Assembly (NCBI GenBank): GCA_012719595.1
Contig: JAAYAB010000052.1
Location: forward strand, 1-55,434
Direction: 5' to 3'
Length of the DNA stretch: 55,434 nt
From: Bacillota bacterium
GTDB lineage: Bacteria; Bacillota; DTU014
Positions 8,712-18,128 of this stretch are shown piece after piece; position 1 is the stretch's first letter; every line of letters begins with the position of its first letter. The translations under genes were made by a program, and so were the position numbers. Under the pieces are notes generated by a model. The model did no database searches and had not been told where the DNA came from. It saw nothing but the letters and a program-made list of their open reading frames with translations.

Positions 8712-11234
8712 TCACTCTACGCCCACGGTTGGACTCGAGGATGCAGTTTCATCGTCCTGGTCGCTCTCGGAGCTGCTGGCTGCGTACGCACTGCCCGAGT
8801 CCGCGGGCAGCCATTTCTGCCACTCTCCACGCTCGTAGAGGATCTTCCGAGGTTTGCTGCCCTCATGAGGGCCGACTATCCCCTTCTCCTCCATAGCGTC
8901 GATCAGCCGCCCAGCCCTGGAGTATCCAATTGGGAATCTGCGCTGCAGCATAGATACGGACGCTTGTCCGGTCTCGATGACGAGTTTGACTGCTTCTCGG
9001 AAGTACTCATCCTCCTCGTCTCCCTCGTCCGTTGAGACATCGTTCTTGAGGTCCTTGAGATCCCTGCTCTTGGCCTCGTATTCCGGCTTGCCGAGGTTCC
9101 TGAGGTAATCGGTCAGCCGCTGAATCTCCTCATCGGAGATATACGCCCCCTGAACCCGCATCGCCTTTGCCGCACCGTTCGGAAGGTAGAGCATGTCGCC
9201 TCTCCCGAGCAGCTTTTCTGCGCCGACAGAGTCGAGGATTATCCTCGAGTCTATCCCGGACGACACGGAAAAGGCGATCCTCGACGGGATGTTCGCCTTG
9301 ATGATCCCTGTCACGATATCAGCCGAGGGTCTCTGCGTCGCCATGATGATGTGGATCCCTGCCGCTCTGGCCATGAAGGCAAGTCTGTTAACAGACGCCT
9401 CCACTTCCTGCTGAGCGACCATCATCATGTCTGCGAACTCATCCACAATAACCACGTAGTAAGGCAGAGGCTTCGCCTCGGTTTCCAAATCAGTCCCTGC
9501 GGCGCACAGCTCGTTGTAGCGCTCGATGTTCCTGACGCCCGCCGCGTGGAACAGCTTGTACCTGTTCTCCATCTGTTCGACGACCCACAGCAGGTATCCG
9601 GCTGCCTTCTTGGGGTCCGTCACCACCGGCGCCATCAGGTGAGGAATGCCGTTGTAGGCTGTCAGTTCTACCCGCTTCGGGTCTATCATGAGAATTTTGA
9701 CTTCATCAGGGGTGGCCTTCAGCAGGATGCTCGCGATCAACGTGTTGAGGCATACGGATTTTCCTGAACCGGTGGCGCCCGCGACCAGCAGGTGCACCAT
9801 TCTCACAAGGTCTCCGACGACGCAGCGGCCGGCTATGTCCTTTCCGAGCGCCACCGTGAGCTTCGAGCGCGAGTTCTGAAACTCGGGCGATTCGACTATC
9901 TCCCTGAGACCCACGAGCGCCGGTTCTTTGTTGGGGACCTCGATCCCGATGGCCGCCTTTCCAGGAATCGGCGCTTCGATGCGGATTCCTCCGGCGGCAA
10001 GAGACAAAGCTATGTCATCTGCCAGCCGGACAATCTTGCTGACACGCTCGCCGGGAGCCGGGGTGAGCTCGTACCTGGTCACCACAGGCCCGACCATTCT
10101 GTTTATCACTTGGGCTTCGACGTCGAAGCTCCTCAGAGTCCTCACGAGGAGTTCGCTCTGATCAGTCGTGCGCGCTTGGTCGCTATCGCGATGGTCGTTG
10201 AGGAGCGAGAGTGGCGGAAGCGGCGTCAAATCCTCTCGCGAAAACAGCGGTGCCTCACTCAGACGAGCGGCAGCCGCCCGCCGACGACCCGCGTCTCTGG
10301 TCTCCAGCTCCTTCTGCGCCGTCTGTTCGGCGGAGGCAGTCTGGGGTTCTTCTTTCTCTACCTCATCGTGAGGCGGCGCACTTCGGACAGGCCGGACCAG
10401 CGGATCGCGGTGTCCCTGTGCGCGTCCGGCAGCTGTGCGGCCAGGCGCAGCCGGCCTGTCGCCTTCGGCCTCCAGCGTCGCTGGGGAACCGGCCGAACGC
10501 CTTGCTCCGCTGATCCTGACGCGCATCCAGGCCCTCTTGATCAGCTTCCCTGCAAGTCTTGCCGGGGCGAAGACAAACGACAGCACACCGGCGAAGACAC
10601 GGCCCAGTGAGCTGATCCACGATTTAGAGCGCACTGCGAGAGACCGCAGGACTCTGGATATCGACCGACCGAATCCGGCCACGAGCTTGCCTGCAGGGAC
10701 GTTAAGCGCCAATGACACGCCGACTACTGCGACGCAGCTCACCACTATTGCAGCTCCCCAAGCGTCAAACAGCGAGGGAATCAGCAGGTCGTGGTTGAAC
10801 TTCCCAAACAGGCCTGCGGGATACCAACCGCCGGGCGCCTGATGTCCCGATCTGAACATGTGAAGAAAGAAACTGACAGAAAAGGCTGCGAAGTAGACGC
10901 CTAGAGCGCCCTTGTACAACCGGACCGTGGGTGGAGCGAAGAGGAGTCTGACGCCCAAGACGCTGATGAGCAGAGGGGGAACTACCCTCATCTCCCCAAA
11001 CCACTGCGCGAAAAAGCGGTGGAGCGAGGAAGTGACCGCTCCCGTCACTTCGTAGCCCTCGACCAAAGCAGGCCGGATGGTCGATGCCGCGCTCAGCAGG
11101 CCGAAGGCCAAAACGACGAGCGCCAGCGCCTCTCGGGAAATGAACGCGCCAAGTGACTCCCTTCTCTTGACCGTCCTAAGTCCGGGCACAGTATGAGTTC
11201 GCCTGGAACGCCTTCGTTTGAGTGGCCTGAGCAT
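8712..11234 (-). CDS. ftsK: FtsK/SpoIIIE DNA translocase
   Basis: N-terminal TM helices, a Pro/Ala/Arg-rich linker, the motor domain GATGSGKS with VVIVDEFADMM, and a C-terminal gamma winged helix (QRRFPIGYSRAGRLID). ATG 11234 follows GGGGTGG and avoids overlap with the upstream stop. The ORF-track start is 11288. Confidence 0.9.
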   Translation of the reverse strand: MLRPLKRRRSRRTHTVPGLRTVKRRESLGAFISREALALVVLAFGLLSAASTIRPALVEGYEVTGAVTSSLHRFFAQWFGEMRVVPPLLISVLGVRLLFAPPTVRLYKGALGVYFAAFSVSFFLHMFRSGHQAPGGWYPAGLFGKFNHDLLIPSLFDAWGAAIVVSCVAVVGVSLALNVPAGKLVAGFGRSISRVLRSLAVRSKSWISSLGRVFAGVLSFVFAPARLAGKLIKRAWMRVRISGARRSAGSPATLEAEGDRPAAPGRTAAGRAQGHRDPLVRPVRSAPPHDEVEKEEPQTASAEQTAQKELETRDAGRRRAAAARLSEAPLFSREDLTPLPPLSLLNDHRDSDQARTTDQSELLVRTLRSFDVEAQVINRMVGPVVTRYELTPAPGERVSKIVRLADDIALSLAAGGIRIEAPIPGKAAIGIEVPNKEPALVGLREIVESPEFQNSRSKLTVALGKDIAGRCVVGDLVRMVHLLVAGATGSGKSVCLNTLIASILLKATPDEVKILMIDPKRVELTAYNGIPHLMAPVVTDPKKAAGYLLWVVEQMENRYKLFHAAGVRNIERYNELCAAGTDLETEAKPLPYYVVIVDEFADMMMVAQQEVEASVNRLAFMARAAGIHIIMATQRPSADIVTGIIKANIPSRIAFSVSSGIDSRIILDSVGAEKLLGRGDMLYLPNGAAKAMRVQGAYISDEEIQRLTDYLRNLGKPEYEAKSRDLKDLKNDVSTDEGDEEDEYFREAVKLVIETGQASVSMLQRRFPIGYSRAGRLIDAMEEKGIVGPHEGSKPRKILYERGEWQKWLPADSGSAYAASSSESDQDDETASSSPTVGVE

Positions 11235-11265
11235 CGACAACCACCCCGAGTTTTCGTTAGGCCGC

Positions 11266-12951
11266 CTAATCGCTTGCGCCCGCCGCATCTAAGCCCGAGG
11301 CGTGTTCCCGGGACGCCTTTCCGTCGAATGAGGGCGGCCCCTTGTGCTCGAAGACTACCTCGGCGATGTTTATGCAGTGGTCAGCCATACGCTCGAGATT
11401 GTTGATCACCTCGATGAACACGACTCCCGATCCCGGATAGCATGTCCCCTTGTTGAGGCGGATTATATGGTTGTTGCGCAGGTCCTCCTGCAAATCGTCG
11501 ATCGCGTCCTCGAACTCCCACACGCGGTCCAGCTTCGACCGATCCCATGTAGCCAAGCCGTCAACACTTATGTCAAACAGCTCTACGACCCGATCGTAGA
11601 TGTCCGTCAGCTCAGCAATAGCAGTCTCCGAGAACGGAAGACTCTTCTCCGACTTCTCACGCGCATAGCCCGCTATGTTCTCAACGTGGTCAGCTACTCT
11701 CTCTATGTCGCTGATGGCGTGCATGAGCCCTGCCAGTGTCGATGACTGGTGTTCGGTCAGAGCGCGCTGAGACACGAGTGTGGAGAGATACACGATGATC
11801 TGGTCCTTGAGACTGTCGACCTTGTCCTCGAGATCGTCGACTTCGTCCAGCACGCCGGTGGTGCCGTCGAAGAGAGCCTGACGAGTCTTGAGCAGCATCT
11901 GCTTGGCCAGGTCGGCCATGTGGGTCATTTCCTTAACCGCCAACCTCAAGGCAACGGATGGATTCTCGAGCATTCGATGGTCGAGGTACCGGGCGTCCTT
12001 TGCAATCTCGACGTCCGGACCGCGCACGATGCTGGTCACCAGGCGCACCATGACTCCCGTAAGCGGCAGCCAGACGACGGTGTTCGCGACGTTGAAAAGC
12101 GAGTGAGCATTGGCAATCAATCTTGGCAGGCTATCGGTCTGGCTGATCGACTGTACGGCGGCTGTGAACGGCCTGAGCAGGATGATGAATATGATCGAGC
12201 CCGCTGCATTGAAGAGAACGTGTGCCATTGCCGTCCGCCTGGCGGTCCTATTCGTTCCGATGCTTGCGAGAATCGCGGTTGCACACGTCCCGATGTTGCA
12301 GCCGAACAGCACAGGTATTGCTGCATCCAGGGTAATGAGCCCCTGTGTTGCAAGCGCCAAAATGATACCGATCGTGGCTGCGCTGCTCTGGATGACTGCG
12401 GTGACGACCGTACCAACGAGAACGCCGAGTAACGGGTTGTGAGACAGGCTCGCCATCCAGTCTGCAAATACAGGGGAGTCGCTCAATGTGCCTACGGACT
12501 CCGCCATGACATCCATTCCCAGGAACAGTAGTCCGAATCCAAGCACTATGCTTCCGAAGTGCCTGTGAGACCTTCTTTTCCCAACCAGCCTGATGAGAAA
12601 CCCTATGCCTATGGCCGGCAGAGCCCAGTCTGTCAGCCTAAAGGCAATGATCTGCGGGGTAAGAGTTGTGCCGATGTTCGCCCCCATTATGACGCCGAAG
12701 GCCTGGTTCAGCGTCATCATGCCTGCATTCACGAAGCTGACGAGCATCACCGTGGTGGCGCTGCTGCTCTGGACGGCTGCGGTCACTGCAGCTCCGACTA
12801 TTACACCTTTCCATACTTTCCCTGTAAGTGCCTCTAGAACTTTTCGCATTCGGTCGCCTGCAGCCCTCTGCAGACCATCGCCCATCAAGGACATCCCATA
12901 GAGAAGAAGACCTAGTCCGCCAAGAAGTCCGAAAATCACGGACCTGTACAC
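11266..12951 (-). CDS. Na/Pi cotransporter family protein with C-terminal PhoU-like repeats
   Basis: N-terminal GLLGGLGLLLYGM and the repeated QSSSATT / QSSAATIG motifs. C-terminal PhoU-type helices (ERVADHVENI, ERMADHCINI). GTG 12951 is preceded by AAGGAGA at 8 nt. The ORF-track start is 13017. Confidence 0.85.
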   Translation of the reverse strand: MYRSVIFGLLGGLGLLLYGMSLMGDGLQRAAGDRMRKVLEALTGKVWKGVIVGAAVTAAVQSSSATTVMLVSFVNAGMMTLNQAFGVIMGANIGTTLTPQIIAFRLTDWALPAIGIGFLIRLVGKRRSHRHFGSIVLGFGLLFLGMDVMAESVGTLSDSPVFADWMASLSHNPLLGVLVGTVVTAVIQSSAATIGIILALATQGLITLDAAIPVLFGCNIGTCATAILASIGTNRTARRTAMAHVLFNAAGSIIFIILLRPFTAAVQSISQTDSLPRLIANAHSLFNVANTVVWLPLTGVMVRLVTSIVRGPDVEIAKDARYLDHRMLENPSVALRLAVKEMTHMADLAKQMLLKTRQALFDGTTGVLDEVDDLEDKVDSLKDQIIVYLSTLVSQRALTEHQSSTLAGLMHAISDIERVADHVENIAGYAREKSEKSLPFSETAIAELTDIYDRVVELFDISVDGLATWDRSKLDRVWEFEDAIDDLQEDLRNNHIIRLNKGTCYPGSGVVFIEVINNLERMADHCINIAEVVFEHKGPPSFDGKASREHASGLDAAGASD

Positions 12952-13131
12952 CGATTCATCTCCTTCCGAAAGACCACGCGAGAATGCCGACTTTGCAGAC
13001 GCGCAGAACACGAGCACCCCGCGTTCGGAGACAGCGCGTCACGAACTCATTTCGACCGAAGGCGACCTTCTCCTGCCGATCGACGCTGCGAGGCAGCAGT
13101 CGCTGCAGCGTTGAACCGGCCGCCATGCAGT

Positions 13132-13965
13132 TCATACGGCCCACCAGATCAAGGCCGCCGCGCCGAGTGCGAAGCAGTACCACGAGAATACCGCGAGCCT
13201 GCCTTGGTTGATCAGCTTCATGAATATACTCACTGCAACGAAGCCTGAAGCGGCTGCAGCCGACGCTCCGAGCACGAGTGGCAGCCATGCAACCGCAGCT
13301 TCCGAGCCTGGTGTGTACTTCACCAGTTCCAACACAGCAGCTCCGAGTATCACAGGAATCGACATGAGAAACGACAGCCGGGCTGCGACTGGCCGCGACA
13401 TCCCCCTCATCAGCGAGCAGGCTACCGTGGCCCCGGACCTCGACACGCCGGGTGCGATCGCCAAACCCTGAGCCACGCCCACTGTCACCGCGTCCAGCCA
13501 GCTGACGTCAAGAACGCCCTTGTCGCCCTTGTCATGACGCTGCGCGACGCGGAGCACCAGGCCTGTGACTATCAGCCCCAACCCTGCGGGCAGGACACTC
13601 TCGAACAACCTGTCCGCCACCTCGCTCAGGCACAGGCCCATCAGTGCAGTCGGAATAGACCCGACCGCAACCAGAGCCCCGAGTCTCGCGCCTTCGTCTG
13701 ACCTGATCACCCTGGCCAGGCTCGAGCGGCTGCCAGCCGCTCTGATTAGTCTGATCAGTCCCGCAAAGACCTGCGCTATCTCGCGGCGCAGGAATACGCA
13801 CACCGCGAGAGCAGTGCCCACGTGCACCATGACCTCAAAGATGATCCCGGCCGCATCAACGTTCAACAGGCTGCCGATGATCACTAGATGCCCTGAGCTG
13901 CTCACAGGCAGGAACTCGGTCAGTCCTTGCACCAGGCCGAGCAAGATCGCGTCGAAGTTGGTCAC
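13132..13965 (-). CDS. uppP: undecaprenyl-diphosphate phosphatase
   Basis: 277-aa polytopic protein with BacA motifs GLTEFLPVSSSGHL and PGVSRSGATV. Confidence 0.92.
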   Translation of the reverse strand: MTNFDAILLGLVQGLTEFLPVSSSGHLVIIGSLLNVDAAGIIFEVMVHVGTALAVCVFLRREIAQVFAGLIRLIRAAGSRSSLARVIRSDEGARLGALVAVGSIPTALMGLCLSEVADRLFESVLPAGLGLIVTGLVLRVAQRHDKGDKGVLDVSWLDAVTVGVAQGLAIAPGVSRSGATVACSLMRGMSRPVAARLSFLMSIPVILGAAVLELVKYTPGSEAAVAWLPLVLGASAAAASGFVAVSIFMKLINQGRLAVFSWYCFALGAAALIWWAV

Positions 13966-13999
13966 GTCAATCCCTCCATGCGCCTGCGAGCGCCAAGCC

Positions 14000-15673
14000 C
14001 TAGATCTCGACGATCACCGGCAGAATCATCGGCTGGCGCTGAGTCTTTTCGTAGAAGTACGAAGCCAGCGAGTCTCTGACTGCAGCCTTCGTCGCCTGCC
14101 AGTCCGATACGGTCGAGCCACCGCAACACTCCGCGAGCGATTTGCTGACATGCTGCTTGGTCGCTTCGATGAACTCCTCTGACTCGCGAACGTATACAAA
14201 GCCTCGGGTAATGACCTCTGGAGCTCCGAGAACGGATCCGGTCGCCTTGTCGATTGCAACAATGACAACCACTATGCCGTCTTGCGAGAGCTGGCGTCTG
14301 TCTCTTAGCACGACATTGCCGACATCGCCCACGCCCAGCCCGTCGACAAGCACCGATCCGCCCGGAACCTGTCCTGCCAAAGCCCCTGACTGGGAGTCGA
14401 ACTCGAGGATAGAGCCGATCTCAGGGATGAAGATCCTGTCCTCGGGGATGCCGACCTCCTGAGCGAGCCGGGCGTGCTTCACAAGGTGTCTGTACTCTCC
14501 GTGTATCGGTATGAAGTACCGGGGCCGCGTCAGGTTGATCATGAGCTTCAGCTCCTCCTGACTTCCGTGCCCGGAGACATGGACTCCTGAGAAGGCTTCG
14601 TATATGACCTCTGCACCGAGCTTGAACAGCCTGTTGATGTTAGCTGCGACCAGCTTCTCATTTCCCGGGACAGTTGATGCCGAGACTATGACTGTGTCTC
14701 CCCGCTTGATCGCAACCGACCTGTGAGAGGCCATTGCCATCCTGGAGAGAGCGGCCATTGGCTCTCCCTGACTGCCAGTTGACAGCAGCACCATTCTGTC
14801 GTCCGGGATCTTCTGCATCTCGTCCTCAGATACGAGAATCCCGCCGGGGATCGACAGATAGCCCAGCTCACAAGCTATCCTGACGACATTGATCATGCTC
14901 CTGCCCAGCAGACAGACCTTTCTCCCATGGTGACAGGCTGCATCGATGACTTGTTGAATGCGATGGGTGTTGGAGGCGAATGTCGCGACAACGATTCTGC
15001 CCGGTGCCGTCCTGAACGCCTCATCGAACGCCTCTCCCACCTGGCGTTCAGACAGGGTGTACCCCGGTCTCTCAGCATTGGTGCTGTCCGACAGAAGCAC
15101 GAGCACGCCTTTGGTTCCGTACTCTGCGAACTTCCTGTAGTCAGTTACGTCGCCGTCAATGGGGGTTTGGTCGAACTTGAAGTCGGCCGTGTGAATGATC
15201 ACTCCTGCCGGAGTCGTCACCGCCATGGCCAAGACGTCTGAGATACTGTGGTTGACTCGGATGAACTCGATTTCGAATGGACCCGTGGTTATCTTCTGCC
15301 CTGCGCTGACGCAGACCGGCTCTATCGGAAAGCGCTGATTCCTCTCTTTGAGCTTCTCTTCCACCAGCGCAAGCGCGAGCCGCGGACCGTACACCGGCAC
15401 CGGAAGCTCCTTCAGGACATAAGGAAGTGCGCCGATGTGATCCTCGTGACCATGGGTTATGAAGATGCCCCGGATCTCATCAGCGTGCTCCTTGAGATAC
15501 GAAATGTCCGGAATGACAAAATCGACTCCGAGCATCTCTTCCTCAGGGAACATCAGCCCGCAGTCGATGACGATCATGTCTTTGCGGTACTTGATCACGA
15601 ACATGTTCTTCCCTATCTCGCCGATACCGCCGAGAGGGATCACCGCTACCTTCTCTCTTGCGACAGAAGTCAT
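14000..15673 (-). CDS. rnj: ribonuclease J
   Basis: Metallo-beta-lactamase / beta-CASP motifs (ITHGHEDHIG, LSDSTNAE, SGHGSQEE) and colinear similarity to B. subtilis RNase J1 as I recall it. ATG 15673 gives the N-terminus VAVIPLGGIGEIGKNM, matching homologues. The ORF-track start at 15751 overlaps a U-tract hairpin. Confidence 0.92.
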   Translation of the reverse strand: MTSVAREKVAVIPLGGIGEIGKNMFVIKYRKDMIVIDCGLMFPEEEMLGVDFVIPDISYLKEHADEIRGIFITHGHEDHIGALPYVLKELPVPVYGPRLALALVEEKLKERNQRFPIEPVCVSAGQKITTGPFEIEFIRVNHSISDVLAMAVTTPAGVIIHTADFKFDQTPIDGDVTDYRKFAEYGTKGVLVLLSDSTNAERPGYTLSERQVGEAFDEAFRTAPGRIVVATFASNTHRIQQVIDAACHHGRKVCLLGRSMINVVRIACELGYLSIPGGILVSEDEMQKIPDDRMVLLSTGSQGEPMAALSRMAMASHRSVAIKRGDTVIVSASTVPGNEKLVAANINRLFKLGAEVIYEAFSGVHVSGHGSQEELKLMINLTRPRYFIPIHGEYRHLVKHARLAQEVGIPEDRIFIPEIGSILEFDSQSGALAGQVPGGSVLVDGLGVGDVGNVVLRDRRQLSQDGIVVVIVAIDKATGSVLGAPEVITRGFVYVRESEEFIEATKQHVSKSLAECCGGSTVSDWQATKAAVRDSLASYFYEKTQRQPMILPVIVEI

Positions 15674-15749
15674 TTTCCTCAGGATCACCTGCCTAAGACT
15701 CGCTACTCTATAGCTGACAACTGCAAAAAGACCGCTGCAACGCAACAGC

Positions 15750-15810
15750 AAAAAAACGCCTTCGGAATAGCCGGCTGCTATGCTTCACTGCATCGGCATC
15801 TTCTCGAAGG
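15750..15810 (-). terminator. hairpin plus U7 tract inside the rnj leader (attenuator or end of a short RNA)
   Basis: On the minus strand, CCUUCG (15810-15805) pairs with CGAAGG (15764-15759), enclosing inner AUGC/GCAU and GCCGGC helices. CG and UUUUUUU (15756-15750) follow. A second U5 tract lies at 15729-15725. Confidence 0.35.
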
Positions 15811-15842
15811 TGTGACTAGCCTCACTAGCACTCCCGGATGAT

Positions 15843-15871
15843 ATTATACCTTACCGAGAGACCCTTCTCAA
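15843..15871 (-). promoter_or_regulatory. sigma-A-type promoter in the dapA-rnj intergenic region
   Basis: Minus strand reads TTGAGA (15871-15866), 17-nt spacer, TATAAT (15848-15843). It sits ~165 nt upstream of the rnj ATG. Confidence 0.55.
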
Positions 15872-15922
15872 GGCGACAACGGCTTGCGTCTCAGACGTCC
15901 CCGCCGTGCTCCGCACGAAGCT

Positions 15923-16804
15923 CTAGATGAGGCCCAAACCGCTCATAGCCTCTCTGACTCTGCGGGCGGTCTCATCCTGGACCTGCACGAGCGGCAGACG
16001 AAGCGGACCTGCAGGAAGCCCCATCAAGCTCACCGCGTATTTCACCGGTATGGGATTCGTGTCCGCGAACAGCGCGTCGAACAACGGCATCATCCTGATG
16101 TGCAGATCTTTCGCTCTCGTGTTGTGGCCTGACTTGTAGGCCTCTATCATGTCCTTGATCATGCCCGGAATCAGGTGCCCGGCTACGCTTATCACGCCGA
16201 TCCCGCCGATCGAGAGTATCGGCAAGGTGTCCGTGTCGTTGCCGCTGTATATGGCAAAATCGGAGGCAGCCAAGGCCCGAATCCGCGACACCTGAACCAT
16301 GTCTCCACTTGCTTCCTTTATGGCCACTATGTTCTTGACGCGGCTCAGGGCAGCGACGGTGTCCGGTTCGATGTTGCGCGCGGACCGAGACGGGATGTTG
16401 TACAGAATGACCGGAAGCGCGGTCGCTGCAGCGATTGCAGAGAAGTGCTCTACCAGAGCCCTCTGAGGAGGCTTGTTGTAGTACGGGGTCACCAGCATTA
16501 TGCCGTCAACCCCGACCCTCTCGGCGTCGCGAGTCAACTCGATGCTCTGAGCCGTGCTGTATCCTCCCGTGCCTGCTATGACTGCAGCTTTCCCACCAAC
16601 CTCCTCTACGACGGCCTCAAAGAGAGAGATCTTCTCAGCTGAAGTCAAAGTCGGAGACTCTCCGGTAGAACCCGCCAGCACCAGCCCGTCACAGCCGTTG
16701 TCGACCAGATGCCGTGCCAGCTCCCTCGCACCGGCGATGTCAAGACTCATGTCCTTGTTGAACGGAGTGACCATGGCAACCAGAAGTGTTCCGAAGACAG
16801 CCAT
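15923..16804 (-). CDS. dapA: 4-hydroxy-tetrahydrodipicolinate synthase
   Basis: 293 aa with motifs GTTGES-like GSTGESPTLT, VIAGTG, TPYYNKP and YNIPSRS. Confidence 0.93.
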   Translation of the reverse strand: MAVFGTLLVAMVTPFNKDMSLDIAGARELARHLVDNGCDGLVLAGSTGESPTLTSAEKISLFEAVVEEVGGKAAVIAGTGGYSTAQSIELTRDAERVGVDGIMLVTPYYNKPPQRALVEHFSAIAAATALPVILYNIPSRSARNIEPDTVAALSRVKNIVAIKEASGDMVQVSRIRALAASDFAIYSGNDTDTLPILSIGGIGVISVAGHLIPGMIKDMIEAYKSGHNTRAKDLHIRMMPLFDALFADTNPIPVKYAVSLMGLPAGPLRLPLVQVQDETARRVREAMSGLGLI

Positions 16805-16824
16805 TGTTCATTCCCTCCCCGGTT

Positions 16825-18048
16825 TTATCTGGCCAAACCGAATCTGTCGTGAAGCGCCTTGGCCGCAACCTCCATGTCCTCCACGCGGACAAGGCACGAT
16901 ATGCTCTGGTGAGAGTCGGCAGTCTGGTAGATGCGTACGCCCGCGTCGCTCAGCGCTTCTACTATGGTTGCCATGACGCCAGGGACGCCCCTCATCCCGG
17001 CCCCGACTGCAGAAACCTTGGCAAACCCTTTCTCAATCGTGAAGCTCGCCCCTAGGCTGTTCAGGACCCTTGATGCAGTTGCACCATCGGATTCCTTGAT
17101 GGTGAACAAGGCCTGGCCGGGCGACAGATTTATGAGGTCAATGCTGACGCATGAGTCTGCGAGACTGCGAAAGACATCTCTCGCCGACGGGCACTGTTTC
17201 GTGCCGCAGTTCATCTCAACGCGAACCTGTGCCAGACCGGGGATATGCGCGATGCTCGTCACCAGTCTGTCTGCGCGGATCTCGACTGCGCCGTCCGGAC
17301 CTGAAACCGTCCCTACCAGTGTGCCTTCCTCATCGGTGAATGTGTTTCGGATGTGGATGGGCACCCTTCCCTCCATCGCGATTTCCACTGCTCGCGGGTG
17401 AATCACCTTTGCGCCCATCTGCGCCATTTCGCATACGTCTCTGTAGCTCAGGCACCGAACAGTTGAGGCGGTCGGCACGATCCGTGGATCAGCAGTCATT
17501 ATCCCGTCAACATCAGTATAGATCTCAACTCGATCGGCCGACAGCGCGCACCCCAGAGCCGCAGCCGTGGTATCGCTTCCGCCGCGCCCGAGCGTTGTGA
17601 TCTCCCCGGTTTCAGTAACTCCCTGGAACCCCGCGACGACCACAGTCTCCCCTCGGCCCAGGTGAGTTCGTATTCTATCCGCCTCAACCCGGATGATGTG
17701 CGCATCGCGGTGATCCGGCGTGGTTATGATACCGGCTTGCGCTCCAGTAAGCGCCACCGCGCTGCACCCTTCGCGGCGCAACAAGTGAGCGATTACCACT
17801 GCAGATATTATCTCACCGCACGACATCAGGAGATCGCACTCTCTGGGATCCTGCTCCTGTGTGCAGTCGGCTATCAACTGCAAAAGCCCGTCCGTTGAGT
17901 ACGCCTGCGGATAGCGTCCAATGGCGGAAACGACGACTACCACGTCATGTCCTTGTGCCCTGGTGCTGCAGATTCTCTGTATCACTCGTTCCCGGTCCTC
18001 CGGGTCCGCCAGGGATGATCCACCGAACTTCTGGACTATCAGGCCCAC
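16825..18048 (-). CDS. dapG: aspartate kinase (DapG-type, with two ACT domains)
   Basis: Motifs VQKFGGSS and GRGGSDTTA, with C-terminal ACT repeats. Sits in the asd-dapG-dapA arrangement. GTG 18048 follows GGAGGTGG. The ORF-track start is 18114. Confidence 0.9.
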   Translation of the reverse strand: MGLIVQKFGGSSLADPEDRERVIQRICSTRAQGHDVVVVVSAIGRYPQAYSTDGLLQLIADCTQEQDPRECDLLMSCGEIISAVVIAHLLRREGCSAVALTGAQAGIITTPDHRDAHIIRVEADRIRTHLGRGETVVVAGFQGVTETGEITTLGRGGSDTTAAALGCALSADRVEIYTDVDGIMTADPRIVPTASTVRCLSYRDVCEMAQMGAKVIHPRAVEIAMEGRVPIHIRNTFTDEEGTLVGTVSGPDGAVEIRADRLVTSIAHIPGLAQVRVEMNCGTKQCPSARDVFRSLADSCVSIDLINLSPGQALFTIKESDGATASRVLNSLGASFTIEKGFAKVSAVGAGMRGVPGVMATIVEALSDAGVRIYQTADSHQSISCLVRVEDMEVAAKALHDRFGLAR

Positions 18049-18128
18049 TGCGACCACCTCCAAGATGTTCGTCGCCAGGATGTTTGGCGCGATCCGGCCC
18101 GCACCTCTCCTCAACTCCGTGCCACGGG

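Noticed and set aside
15674-15751. N-terminal extensions in the ORF track. Examples are rnj to 15751, dapG to 18114, spo0A to 31183, dpaB to 19866, yqeG to 39450, mltG to 41484, rsgA to 3358, prpC to 6212 and ftsK to 11288.
   Set aside because: Internal starts have strong SD sequences at proper spacing and give N-termini matching known homologues. The extensions lack an RBS, overlap upstream genes or hairpins, and add non-conserved residues.
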